Source: Octopus vulgaris
Lineage: Eukaryota
Assembly: GCA_951406725.2 (NCBI GenBank)
Contig: OX597824.1
Span: forward strand, 79,546,001-79,610,000
Direction: 5' to 3'
DNA length: 64,000 nucleotides
In this document: piece after piece, positions 1 to 12,878 of the stretch
Numbering within the stretch: the stretch's first letter is position 1
Layout of the letters: each line of letters starts with the position of its first letter
Program-made: the position numbers and the translations under genes
Notes under the pieces: generated by a model
The model's database searches: none
Told to the model about the DNA's origin: nothing
What the model saw: only the letters and a program-made list of their open reading frames with translations

Positions 1-239
1 GCAACTGAGTGAACTCTGCTCAGGGACCACCAAAGATCTTAGAACGTAAAGAGCAAGAACAAATATTGTAAGTCATCTCATCCTGGAGGTTAAACCAATT
101 ATTAATAATTGTTATCTCAAGTAAAATGAATTTGGGTACCTTAAAAACAACCTCAAAGAATATTCTCTGTTTCATCGAGGAAGGGTAATGTTAACGAAAC
201 ATGTACGGAGTTGTCTCCCATAAGCGTCAAACCACGACG

Positions 240-506
240 AAAATATTCTTTTACTTGTTTCAATAATTTGACTGCAACCATACTAGAGCACCACCTTAAA
301 GGGGTTTTTTAGCCTAAGAAATTGACCCTAGGACTTATTCTTTGTAAGCTGATTTCTTATTCTATCGGTCTTTTTTGCCGATTGAATAAGAAATCAGCTT
401 GCAAAGAATAAGTCCTAGGGTCAATTTCTTAGGCTAAAAAACCCCTTTAAGGTGGTGCTCTAGTATGGTTGCAGTCAAATGATTGAAACAAGTAAAAGAA
501 TATTTT
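240..506. repeat. Fold-back palindrome of a SINE-A 3' tail
   Basis: 240-362 is the near-perfect reverse complement of 384-506; the centre is the SINE's own ATCGG-TCTTTTTTG-CCGAT mini-hairpin. Confidence 0.9.
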
Positions 507-790
507 TGTCCTAATTATATAGGACCACCAAGAGAAAGAGGACAGAAGAGGCGACGCCTTGAATCTCCAATTCCATTACCTATGTGGAATGTTTGGGATC
601 AGTGTATGACAGGAATTGCTCATATTACAAATAGTTTAGAATCTTACCACAGCGTTGCTGAAAAACACAGTGAATATTAGTCATCCAAATATCTGGAAAC
701 TTATTGATGTGTTTAGATGTGAGGAAAGGTTTGCCAGTACCAAAGTGCATACGTTTATGCAAGGAGAAGAACGAAGCCAAAAGAAAAGAT
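505..790 (+). mobile_element. MULE/Mutator-like transposase C-terminal remnant
   Basis: NYIG...PIPLPMWNVWD...TNSLESYH, then frameshifted HPNIWKLIDVFRCEE; resembles animal MULE transposase C-termini. Confidence 0.65.
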
Positions 791-792
791 AC

Positions 793-1196
793 CAGGAGTG
801 GCTGTGTGGTAAGTAGCTTGCTAACCAACCACATGGTTCCGGGTTCAGTCCCACTGCGTGGCATCTTGGGCAAGTGTCTTCTGCTATAGCCCCGGGCCGA
901 CCAATGCCTTGTGAGTGGATTTGGTAGATGGAAACTGAAAGAAGCCTGTCGTATATATGTATATATATATATATATGTATGTGTTTGTGTGTCTGTGTTT
1001 GTCCCCCTACCATTGCTTGACGACCGATGCTGGTGTGTTTACGTCCCCGTCACTTAGCGGTTCGGCAAAAGAGACCGATAGAACAAGTACTGGGCTTACA
1101 AAGAATAAGTCCCGGGGTCGATTTGCTTGACTAAAGGCGGTGCTCCAGCATGGCCACAGTCAAATGACTGAAACAAGTAAAAGAGAGTAAAAGAGT
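793..1196 (+). mobile_element. tRNA-derived SINE, family A (full length)
   Basis: A box TGGCTGTGTGG, B box GGTTCAGTCCC, internal TA/TG microsatellite, tail GGTGCTCCAGCATGGCCRCAGTCAAATGACTGAAACAAGTAAAAGAG; many copies in window. Confidence 0.9.
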
Positions 1197-1223
1197 AAGT
1201 AAATAAATAAATATATATACTCC

Positions 1224-1637
1224 CTTTATTCTTTTACTCTTTTACTTGTTTTAGTCATTTGACTGCGGCCATGCTGGAGCACCACCTTTAGTCGAGCAAA
1301 TCGACCCCGGGACTTATTCTTTGTTAGCCTAGTACTTATTCTATCCGTCTCTTTTTGCCGAACTGCTAAGTCATGAGGACATAAACACACCAGTGTCAGT
1401 TGTCAAGCGATGTTGAGGGGACAAACACAGACACACAAACACACACACATATATATACATATACATATATATGATGAGCTTCTTTCAGTTTTCATCTACC
1501 AAATCCACCCACAAGGCTTTGGTCAGCCCGAGGCTATTGTAGAAGACACTTGCCCATGGTACCCCGCAGTGGGACTGAACCCGGAACCATGTGGTTTGTA
1601 AGCAAGCTACTTACTACACAGCCACTCCTGCGCCTAT
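1224..1637 (-). mobile_element. SINE family A (full length, tail-to-tail with previous copy)
   Basis: Reverse complement of 793-1196. Confidence 0.9.
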
Positions 1638-2675
1638 AGATAAATAAATAGATATATAAATATATCTATTACACACCTGTGATAAATATAAGACATAGAG
1701 ATAGATAAGATAAATAAATAAAACTATATAAAGGGTATGAAGCGAACCCATACAAACACGCATACATGAAATTTTATGGACAGCCATAACAATGTCAACA
1801 ACACAACTAACAACGTCAGTCGCAGCAGTAGTGCCAACAATGGCAATAACAACAAAACCTACCATGATGGCAACATCGTGGGCAAACACATATACACAGA
1901 AGAATACAGGAACTGTACTATATATTTTTTGGGCGGGGTCTGGGGACAGCAGCAGTATGCCATCCAAGAATTTGGACCTGGAGATCTCCATTTCCAGCGA
2001 CTTCGAGGGCTACCTCTCAGTGGTGTTTGGTGTCAGTGAAGAGCCTTCGACTACAACAAGTTTTTTTTTCTTCAAAGGTCTGGGGTCTTCCTCCCATAAG
2101 CCCTAGACCATCACCTAATCACCCTTACCTGTCTTGTTGCTTAACAACAACAACAACAACAGCAGCAGCAGCACAATGGGGTGAGAATATGGGGCTGAGG
2201 GGAAGGCTACACTGCTGCTAAAAACTATGATACACACACAAGCATACACACATACATACACATACATATACACACATGCACACACACATACACAAACAAG
2301 GACACAAATGCATGCGCATATAAGGATACACATCTTAGAAGAACAGAATGGAGTAAGTGGAGCAAGAACACACATGAAAACAAAAAGTGTTGCTGAAGAG
2401 GTCACAGATGTGGGAACATGAGTTGAAATAATAAAATAAGAATAAACAAGTGAAGAAAAAATATATAGTGCATGTGTTTATTTGGCAAAATTTGCCTACA
2501 CCATCCCAAAATACAACTATATATCCCCCCCCTCTCTCTCTATATATATCATCATCATCGTTTAATGTCCGTTTTCCATGCTGGCATGGGTTGGATGGTA
2601 TATATAATATATATATCATATATATTATATATATATATATATATATAATATGTACATGCATATAGCATATATATA

Positions 2676-4669
2676 TTGGGTCATCCCATAAATAATGTGG
2701 TTTTTTAATACTTCTTTTATTTTTCAAAATTAAGATAAACAAAGTTCTTTTTTAATCTAAAATATACTTTCCTTCATTTTCTACAATGCTCATCCATCTA
2801 TCTGGTAGACTTGCCAAACCTCTCTTCCATAATTCACTTGTCTGTGATGAAAAATATTTCTCCAATAATGTTCTGACCTTGTCTATTGAATTCATATTTT
2901 TTCCATCCAAATGATTTTGAAGACTGCAGAATAAATGATAATCAGATGGGGCAATGTCTGGTAAATATAGTGGGTGGGAGATCATTGCCCATTCAAACTG
3001 CTCCAGCCTTTGGAATGTCATCCTCGCTGTATGTGGCCAAGCTTTATCCTGATGGAAGAACACCTTTCATTTTGAAACCAAAGATGGTCGTTTTTCTTCT
3101 AGTGCTGAGTTAAGCCACTCAAGCTGCTCACAGTAGTTCTCTTTTGTTATTGTTCAGTTTGGGTTTAAAAGTTCAAAGTATACTAAACTTCTCATATCCC
3201 ATCAAACAGGTAACAACACCTTGCATGGGTGAAGACCTCCTTAAGCCTGGGGTGCCGGTGTTTCTCCTTTCCCTACTCACTGTCTTTGGCACTTGACATT
3301 TTTATAGGGAGCCCATATCTTGTCACCAGTCACTATTCAGTCCAAAAATGGTTCATTTCTGAGATGTGACAGCAAAGATGAGCACGCTCTCTGCACACGG
3401 TTAGTCTCGGAAAGTTTGTGAGGAACCCATTGATCCAATTTGCTGACTTTTCTAATGGCATGCTGGTGTCGATGAATTGTTGAATGACCAAATCCAAGCA
3501 TCTCTGCTACTTTCTCAACAGTTGCAATGGGATTTTGTTCCACCAGGGTTTGCAGGACATCCTTGTTGAGCTTTACAGATCTTTCAGGATAAGGCTTGTC
3601 TTTTAGGCTGTAGTTTCTGGCTTGGAATTTCTTGAACCACAGTTGAGACTGGCTTACGCTTATTATCCAATCCTCATATTTATATTTTATATATATGATC
3701 GTGGCCGTTCGCCAGCCTCATCTGGCACCTATGTCGGTGGCACATAAAAACACCATCCGAAGACCCGGCAAGACTAGTCAGGCCATAACCCGTGGCCCTT
3801 ACCTGGGACGTAGTCAGTCCACCTGTGCTTACCTTCCTTCTTGTGACACTTGTGAAGACCTGTTGAGGCAAGTGAAAATCAAAACAAATCAAAATAGATG
3901 AACATCAATGGAATTTGTATCTTTGTGGTACCAGTGCCGGTGGCACGTGGCACACAAGAAAACCATCCGAACGTGGCCGTAGCCAGTACCGCATCGACTG
4001 GCCTCCGTGCTGTGGGCACGTAACAAACACCATCCGATCGTGGCCGTTTGCCAGCCTCATCTGGCACCTGTGTCGGTGGCACATAAAAACACCATCCGAG
4101 CGTGGCCGTCTGCCAGCCTCGTCTGGCACCTGTGTCGGTGGCACATAAAAAAACACCATCCGAGCGTGGCCGTTTGCCAGCCTCGTCTGGCACCTGTGTC
4201 GGTGGCACATAAAATCACCCACTACACTCTCGGAGTGGTTGGCGTTAGGAAGGGCATCCAGCTGTAGAAACACTGCCAGATCTGACTGGACTGGTGCAGC
4301 TTTCGGGCTCCCCAGACCCCAGTTGAACCGTCCAACCCATGCTAGCATGGAAAGCGGACGTTAAATGATGATGATGATGATGATGATATATATATATATA
4401 TGCATTTATATTATTCACACTTGCATTGTTGTCTTTATTGAACTCATAAAGCAAAATATGCCAGATATGCTCCTTTGTCACTTCCATTATAGCTTTGAAA
4501 ATATAACTGTTAAAATCAGACTGCACTCTCCAAAACTTGCACTAAGAATAAGGACAAGGTAAAATTACGACTTCCTTTTATAGCAAGTTCATGCAGGTAG
4601 TTTATCCAGTCCCCTCTGGCTTTTAGTTCATGCAATTGAAAAAACCACATTATTTAAGGTATGACCCAA
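2676..4669 (-). mobile_element. Mariner (DD34D) transposon, defective, interrupted by a SINE-C insertion at about 3681-4400
   Basis: TIRs TTGGGTCATCCCATAAATAATG at 2676 and ...ATGACCCAA at 4669; FHQDKAWPH, PLYLPDIAPSDYHLF, WVPHKL, MEVTKEHI; colinear with 54808-56094. Confidence 0.92.
3697..4390 (+). mobile_element. SINE-like family C with internal ~60-bp tandem repeats and (ATG)n tail
   Basis: GGAGTGGTTGGCGTTAGGAAGGGCATCCAGCTG...GCATGGAAAGCGGACGTTAAATGATGATG; repeated CACCATCCGAGCGTGGCCGT...GGCACATAAAA units. Confidence 0.8.
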
Positions 4670-4715
4670 AACATATCTATCTATCTATATATAATATATA
4701 CATGCATATATATAT

Positions 4716-4881
4716 ACACTCTCGGAGTGGTTGGCGTTAGGAAGGGCATCCAGCTGTAGAAACACTGCCAGATCTGACTGGCCTGATGCAGCCTTCGGGC
4801 TCCCCAGACACCAGTTGAGCCGTCCAACCCATGCTAGCATGGAAAGCGGACGTTAAATGATGATGATGATGATGATGATGA

Positions 4882-4883
<2 letters not shown>
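4716..4883 (+). mobile_element. SINE family C, 3' part
   Basis: Near-identical to 4225-4390. Confidence 0.8.
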
Positions 4884-4951
<68 letters not shown>

Positions 4952-4979
4952 ATATCTATATGTATATATGTATGTGTGT

Positions 4980-5019
<40 letters not shown>

Positions 5020-5564
5020 TGCACCACATACTGATATCAACACATTTGCCCACACATAGAAATGCCTATGCATACACACACACATTGATACTTACAGACC
5101 CATATATATATGTTAACCCATATATGTGTGTGTGTGTTCATTTACCCTCACTCACATATTACAGATATGCTCAAGCATTTCCAAAATTACATACACATTC
5201 ACTCAATATATTAATGTCAATGAGTCGTAGCAAAGTCTTTGTAATGTCTGCTCTATGCAGACATCTCCATTAAAACACGCTTGCTTGTTTACAGTTTGGT
5301 GTGTACGAAGGAATTGTCAAAATTGCTGCATGACACAGCTGCATTCCAAGAAATAAATTCACTGAAGTGTGTCTGAAATTGTCCAATAATCCAGACAAAA
5401 AGTCAATTGTCTTCTAAGGGATGGGAAAAAGTACAGAAATCGCTGTAAATCACATTCCTTTAATAACCAATGGCAAATAATTGAATCTTCTGCTTCAGTT
5501 TGTTTCCTCATGCTGGCTTGTTGGTTTGCTGGCCAAATGGTTTGACTTGTAATAATTTAATAGA

Positions 5565-6049
5565 GCTCATGTTGTTGTTATTGTTGTTGTTGTTGTTGTT
5601 GCTGTCATCCACACAACCATAGCTGATGCCACCACCACCACCACCACCACCACCACCACCACCACCACCACCACCACCACCACCACCACCACCACCACCA
5701 CCACCACAACCACCACCACCACCACAACCACCACCACCACCACCATCATGATTTTTGTCATCATCATCATCAACATCATCATTACCACCACCACCACTAC
5801 CACCAGCACCACCATCCCTATGACTGTTATCATTGTCATCATCATCATCATTGCCATCATCATCATCATCAACATCATCATTACCACCACCACCACTACC
5901 ACCAGCACCACCATCCCTATGACTGTTATCATTGTCATCATCATCATCATTGCCATCATCATCATCATCATCATCATCATTGCCATCATCCTCCTCCTCA
6001 TCATCACCACCACCACCACCACCACCACCACATCACCACCACCACCACC

Positions 6050-6124
<75 letters not shown>

Positions 6125-6890
6125 ACAGCAACAGCAGCAGCAGAAGCAAGCTCAGCAGTTCTTCATCATCACAGCTGCTATCATCAATACCATCAGAAAC
6201 AATAGTAGCAGCTAGATCATCCTCTTCTGCATCATCATCATCATCATCATGCCTTCCATTACCACTGCAAACATTTTTACCATCACTACCACCAGCATCA
6301 GCAGCAGCAGCACCACCATCCCCACCACTACTCTCATCACTGACATTACCACCTTTATTGATATCAGTTATGTTTGTCACTATTTCATAACCCCTGCCCC
6401 AGCAGCAGCAGCACCACTACCACCACCAGCACCACCATCAACATTAGCACCAGCACTACCACCACCAGCATCACCACCACCACCACCACCACCACCACCA
6501 CCACCACCACCAAAACAACCACCACCTTCATCACCACCACCACCAATACCACTATCACCACTACCACCACCACCACTACCACCAGCACCACCACCAACAT
6601 CAGCACCTGCACCCCCCACCACCATTACCACCACCACCACCACCACCACAACCACCACTACTACCAACTGCAGCAGCACCCCACCCCCACCCCCACCACT
6701 TTTATCATCCTCAACATCATTATAATCATTGCCATTATTTTGGTAGCGGTATCTCACCATTATCAACTTTTTTGCCACTTATCATCACCATAACCACTAT
6801 CTTCACCATCAGGATCATCATCCTTATCGTCATCTTTACTGTCACAATTATTGCCACTGTCTTCATCATCATCATCTTCATCATCATCTT
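5565..6890. repeat. Compound trinucleotide microsatellite field (CAC/CAT/CAG) with an internal ~100-bp duplication
   Basis: Direct reading; a block near 5757-5850 is repeated near 5856-5950. Confidence 0.95.
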
Positions 6891-7600
6891 GGCTTGACAA
6901 AATATTTTCAATGAAATGCAATTTCTTTTCTAGTTAGAGAAAAAAATCAAAAATCCAGATGTAAGTGTTAACGACTCTCAAGGAAAAGGGGAGATAATTT
7001 TAAGGCATAGGAGTGGTTGTGTGGTAAGTAGCTTGCTTACCAACCACATGGTTCCGGGTTCAGTCCCACTGCGTGGCACCTTGGGCAAGTGTCTTCTACT
7101 ATAACTTTGGGCTGACCAAAGCAAAGTCAGCCTCTGCAGAACTTGAACTCAGAAAGTAAAGAGCTACTAAGCATTTTGTTCCATGCAGTAATGGTTCAGC
7201 CAGCTCACTGCCTTAATAATAATAATAACAATCCTTTCTGTTAAGGGCACAAGGCCTGAAATTTTGAGAGAGAGGACTAGTTGATTACATTGACCCCAGT
7301 GCTTCACTGGTACTTAATTTATTGACTCCGAAAAGATGAAAGGCAAAGTTGACCTTGATGGAATCTGAACTCGGAACGTAGTGACAGGCGAAATACTGCT
7401 AAGTATTTTGTCCAGCGTTCTAACAGTTCTGCTAGCTTGCTGCTTTTCACTGCCTTAATGATAATCAGAATAAGAATTCTTTTGTATTTTTGGCACAAGG
7501 CCTGCAATTTTGTGAAGCCTGGCCTCATTGTTGTTTCCAGAGTTGAAATGAAGGTTTCTTCAGCAATGCTAAAACACAATCATATGGTATTGTCTCTTTA

Positions 7601-7996
7601 GGCGGCGAGCTGGCAGAAACATTAGCACACCAGGCGAAATGCTTAGCAGTATTTCATCTGCCGTTACGTTCTGAGTTCAAATTTTGCCGAGGTTGACTTT
7701 GCCTTTTATCCTTTCGGGGTTGATTAAATAAGTACCAGTTACACACTGGGGTCGATATAATCGACTTAATTCGTTTGTCTGTCCTTGTTTGTCCTCTCTC
7801 TGTTTAGCCCCTTGTGGGTAGTAAAGAAATAGGTATTTTGTCTGCGGCTACGTTCTGAGTTCAAATTCCGCCGAGGTCGACTTTGCCTTTCATACTTTTT
7901 GGGATCGATAAATTAAGTACCAGTTATGCACTGGGGTCTCTTTGTCTGTCCTTGTTTGTCCCTTCTGTGCTTAGCCCCTTGTGGGCAATAAAGAAA
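7601..7996 (+). mobile_element. SINE family B (Meta-domain-like), dimeric, with 17-bp TSD
   Basis: Head GGCGGCGAGCTGGCAG, core GTCGACTTTGCCTTTCATCCTTTCGGGGTCGATAAATTAAGTACCAG; TSD CATATGGTATTGTCTCT at 7581-7597 and 7997-8013. Confidence 0.88.
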
Positions 7997-8404
7997 CATA
8001 TGGTATTGTCTCTGCAAAGAAAGACACTGCAGATGTTGGGTCCCTGCTCCAATATGAAGCAAGTATTGCTTACTGCACAATACCTATGCAAATGAAAAAT
8101 GCATGCAAAAATGAGGTTGTCACCTGTAGTTGGAAACCATTCAGCATCATGTCCGGGCCTTGCATTCTGTGGATGATTCACAGTATTGTCATTGGTTTTT
8201 GTCAGCCATGTATTCAAGCATTTCCTTTGTAATGAATTCAGAGAATACCTCCAATGATGAACTGTGGTTCTGAAGGTCTGCTTTTGTATCACGGGAACTA
8301 GAAAAACTATACCATCACAGAAAATTGTCCATTGCTTACCACACCACATTCTGTTGGTCAGGGTCATGGCTACTGCCCTCCTACTCCTTTTATGCAACAG
8401 ATAA

Positions 8405-9021
8405 TAGCTTTATATAGCTATGGTAAGACCTCACCTGGAATTTGCATCACCGGTCTGGAACCCCTATCTTGCCCAGGATATCAATCGCCTGGAAGCTGTT
8501 CAGCGACGTGCAACCAAAAGAATACCCTTCATCAGGCATTTGCCATATCCTGAATGCCTTACTTCCCTGGGCATGGACACATTGAAACTCTGACGTCTGG
8601 CAGCTGACTTGGCAGACACCCATAAAATTATCAACCATCGTACAAACAATAACTCTGAGCACCTTTTCAAACTCCACCCATCTAACACCCGTGGACATAT
8701 TTACAAAGTCAGAAAACAGCACAGCTCCCATGACTTCAGGAAACATTTTTTCACGCTGAGAGTTGCTGAAGCATGGAACAAACTGCTGGCATCAGTTGTT
8801 AGTTGTCGGAGCACTGTATCCTTCAAAACTTCCATGCTTCCTGAGATTTGCCAACACTACACTTGATTTTCTCCCCTCCATACACACACAAGCATGTATC
8901 TGACTCATACATTGTTCGCTTTCCAGACATTTCTACATTACTGCATGTACTTTATATGCACTTTCTGACAACTTGTGGTGCACCTGAGCACTGTATACAA
9001 TAATTTCATTATTATTATTAT
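8405..9021 (+). mobile_element. CR1-clade LINE 3' end (ORF2 C-terminus, 3' UTR, (ATT)n tail)
   Basis: VRPHLEFASPVWNPY...LEAVQRRATK...NTRGH...FFTLRVAEAWNKL, with an internal stop. Confidence 0.9.
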
Positions 9022-9219
9022 AATCATCATTGCTACTGGAATCAGAACCATCTGATCTACTGGGTAAATATTCACTCTCAGAGTTTGAATGGTCCGAACC
9101 AGAATCAACTATTGAGGGCTTGCCATGCTATGTTGAAGTAGATGGACATGATGACAAATACAACAAGGATCATAAATTCAATGAAGCTGATGTAGACAGA
9201 TGTGATGAACCCAGTGTTG

Positions 9220-10210
9220 AAGCAGGTGTAACTGGATGTGAAGATGAATGTGTAGCTGTGATAGCTTGATATGAAGACAAATGTGAAACTGGTGTAGCTG
9301 GACAGGAAGACGAATGTGAAGTTGCTGTGGCTGGATGTAAAGATAAATGTGAAGCTGCTGTGGCTGGATGTGAAGACAAATGTGAAACTGGTGTGAATGG
9401 ACAGAAAGACAAATGTGAATCTGCTGTGGTTGGATGTGAAGCTGTGATAGCTGGACAGGAAGACGAATGTGAAGCTTCTGTAGCTGGATGTGAAAACGAA
9501 TGTGAAACTGTGATAGCTGGACAGGAAGATGAATGTGAAGCTTCTGTAGCTGGACACAAAGAAAATTGTGAAGCTGCTGTTGTTGGATGTGAAGACAAAT
9601 GTGAAGCTGTGATAGCTGGATAGGAAAACAAACGTGAAACTGGTGTAGCTGGACATGAAGACGAATGTGAAGCTGCTGTGGTTGGATGTGAAGACGAATG
9701 TGAAGCTGTGATAGCTGGATAGGAAAACAAACGTGAAACTGGTGTAGCTGGACAGGAAGACAAAATGTGAAGCTGCTGTAGCTGGATGTGAAGACAAATG
9801 TGAAACTGGTGTAGCTGGACAGGAAGATAAATGTGAGGCTGTTGTGGCTGGATGTGAAGCTGTGATAGCTGGACAGGAAGACAAATGTGAAACTAGACAT
9901 GAAGACGAATGTGAAGCTGCTGTGGTTGGATGTGAAGACGAATGTGAAGCTGTGATAGCTGGATAGGAAAACAAACGTGAAACTGGTGTAGCTGGACATG
10001 AAGACGAATGTGAAGCTGCTGTGGTCGGATGTGAAGACAGCTGGATGTTGTGAGGCTGTTGTGGCTGGATGTGAAGCTGTGATAGCTGGACAGGAAGACA
10101 AATGTGAAACTAGACAGGAAGACAAATGTGAAGTTGGCATAGCTGGATGTGAAGACAAACACAACGACCCCAAATTCAATGAAACTGTTGTAACTGGATG
10201 TGATGATGAT
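9220..10210. repeat. ~33-bp minisatellite (ATGTGAAGCTGCTGTGGCTGGATGTGAAGACAA-like)
   Basis: About 30 degenerate units; reads as CEAAVAGCEDK (+) or SHLSSHPATAA (-). Confidence 0.92.
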
Positions 10211-12004
10211 GTAAATTCCATGAAGGACCAGAAGAATTAGCTGAATATGTACGAATTTAATAGGAAGCCATAGTTGAAATCACAGGTCAGGTTTTATACT
10301 ATCCTGGTGATAAAGCCTTGAACTGGGTTGGAAATATTTACAAGAAGAATCTAACAAACTTATCAGATTCCATGCAACTTTCTCAGTGGCCTCTTTCATC
10401 AACTCTGTGAGTGACAATGGTTAATTATGTCAACTGGTACAAAACCGGAGCAGATAAGTCAGTGTGTATTTACACCATCCGACTTAAAGTGAGTACACAG
10501 TGCGCATAAATGTACATCAACAAGTAGCATGGAGTCAAATGATGATGATGAAAATAATAATTATAATAATTACAATAATAATTAATTAGAAATCAGAAGT
10601 CCATGAAACTTGATTTGTCATTCCACTGCTATGACCACCAAAACTTTCACCTCATCAATCATACTTCATCTATGAAATCGCCCCCACCACTATCACCACC
10701 ATCACCACCGCATTACATCTACCTTACTCACTGTAACCACTGTCGCCACCACCACCACTTAAAACAACAACAACCACCACTGCCACAGTCACTACCATCA
10801 CTACCATCATCATCACTATTGACAAAACCACTGCCATAACCACCCCCACCATAAACTCCCTCCCCACACTCCCATCACCATCATCAATATTTCATTTGTT
10901 TATCAAATATAGAAGCAATGATTAATCTTCAAGATAAATTAAGCATGAGATTTTGGAAATAAACGAGGTTTTTTGTTTGTTCTTAGTGCTTTCATTATAG
11001 TTGCTTGTAAAAAAAAAATGGTAAAAATTAATTGAAGAACTCTACTTTGGTGTAATGGAGTCTTCAGGTATTCAACTTTAGACTTTATAGATTCTTATTC
11101 AACTGTCTGAAGCTGATCAGTTTTTGTGACATTTGCAGGTTTTTGCAGACATATATATGAGCCAATGTACCAGATAGTCTAACTTGGGAACAAACATTGT
11201 GGCTGAAGAACATAGATACACCATGTCCAAAATATCTAAAGAATATCTGCAGTCATCCTGGTCAATTTGTAGTAGCTAATCTCAGGCACGTGGCTTAGTG
11301 GTTAGGGTGTTGGACTCATGAAAATAAGAATGTGGTTTCAATTCCTGGACTGGGTGATGTGTTGTGTTCTTGAGCAAAAACACATAATTTCACGTTGCTC
11401 CAGTCCACTCAGCCGTAGGAATGAGCACCACTAATGGTGGTGCATCACTTAGTAGTTAGGATGTTGGACCCATGATCATAAGAATGTGGTTTCGATTCCT
11501 ACGGCTGCAAAAATGATGCACTTCTCTCAATTTCTTTCTACTAAATCCACTCACAAGGCTTTGGTAGGCCTGGGGCTATAGTAGAAAACACTTGCCTAAG
11601 ATGCTATACACAGCCACACCTGTGTTTCAATTATAGCTCTGAGAGATTCGGGCCAACCTGGGGTCAAATAACAACAAACATCACAATTAATATTCCTTTC
11701 AACTCTAGGCACAAGGCCCGAAATTTTTGGGGAGCAGGCCAGTCGATTAGATCAACACCAGTACACAACTGGTACCTAATTTATCGACCCTGAAAGGATG
11801 AGAGGCAAAGTCAATCTCGGCGGAATTTGAACTCAGAACATAGACAGATGAAACACTATTAAGCATTTTGTCTGGTGTTCTAATGTTTCTGCCAGCTCGC
11901 TGCCTTTTATGGGCTTCTTTCAGTTTCCGTCTGCCAAATCCAGTCACAGGGCTTTGGTCGATCTGGGGTTATAGTAGAAAATACTTGCCTAATATGCTAC
12001 ACAT

Positions 12005-12220
12005 ATATTTCTTTACTACCCACAAGGGGCTAAACATAGAGGGGACAAACAAGAACAGACAAAGGGATTAAGTCGATTACATCGACCCAGTACTTTATTT
12101 ATCGACCCCGAAAGGATGAAAAGCAAAGTCGACCTCGGCGGAATTTGAACTCAGAACGTAACGACAGACGAAATACCGCAAAGCATTTCGCCCGGTGCAC
12201 TAACGTTTCTGCCAGCTTGC
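12005..12220 (-). mobile_element. SINE family B
   Basis: Matches 7601-7830. Confidence 0.85.
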
Positions 12221-12440
12221 ATAGCCACACATAGCCACACCTGTGCTTCGATTATAACTCTGAGGGATTTGGGCTGACCTGGGGTTAAATAGCAACAAAC
12301 ATTACAATTAATATTGTAAGAATAATATTGGGTTGTCCGGAAAGTTCCTATACCTGCATAACAAGAAAAAACAACAACGCGAAGACATGGAATAAGTACA
12401 GTGTTATTGGATGCTCAGGAAAGGAAAGAAAAGAAACAGG

Positions 12441-12475
12441 ATTTCACGTTTCAAGCAGACCTCTTCATCAGAAAT
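12441..12475 (-). ncRNA. Minimal type I hammerhead-like motif (repeat family H2; host about 12352-12560)
   Basis: AUUU-CUGAUGA-A-GAGgucugCUU-GAAA-CGUG-AAAU; position 17 is G, so probably inactive. Confidence 0.6.
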
Positions 12476-12559
12476 ATAGAAAAAGTCCAAAGACGGGAAG
12501 ACGGAGAAAGAAAGAAAGAAAATCGCCAATGATACACACGCGGTCGCATATTGAAATGA

Positions 12560-12878
12560 CATTTATATCACATGATCACGTGACCGACCAGGCTATTAGA
12601 TTTTGCTACACATCGCTGCTCACAATGCGCTTCGCATTGTTTTAGCCTTTAAATGACGCCACCCCACTGGCTAAGCGAGCAGGCCAACAGAAGAAAGAGT
12701 GAGGGAAAGTTGTGGCGAAAGAGTACAGCAGGGATTGCCATCACCCCCTGCCAGAGCCTCATGGAGCTTTAGGTGTTTTCGCTCAATAAACACTCACAAT
12801 GCCCTGTTTGGGAATCCAATCTGCAATCCTATGACTGGGAGTCCGCTGCCCTAACCACTGGGCCATTGCACCTCCACA
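12560..12878 (-). mobile_element. tRNA-derived SINE related to family D
   Basis: Minus-strand head TGGCCCAGTGGTTAGGGCAGCGGACTC; shares TCGCCACAACTTTC-like segment with 24790-25097. Confidence 0.75.

Larger units (their letters stand above)
7515..9110 (-). mobile_element. piggyBac (PGBD-like) transposase remnant, split by SINE-B and CR1 insertions
   Basis: Frameshifted pieces SSLEVFSEFITKEMLEY, EWFPTT, IGIVQ*AILASYWSRDP...FFAETIP, NLHFN, and an acidic DSGSDHSNSESEYLPS at 9030-9110. Confidence 0.65.

Noticed and set aside
165-212. GAAACAUGUA palindromic half-hammerhead (similar GAAACAGCUGUA at about 13084-13095)
   Set aside because: 5' core and helix I missing or degenerate
5567-6793. Poly-His/Pro/Thr/Ser/Val ORFs
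   Set aside because: Trinucleotide repeats open in most frames on both strands; no splice or domain support
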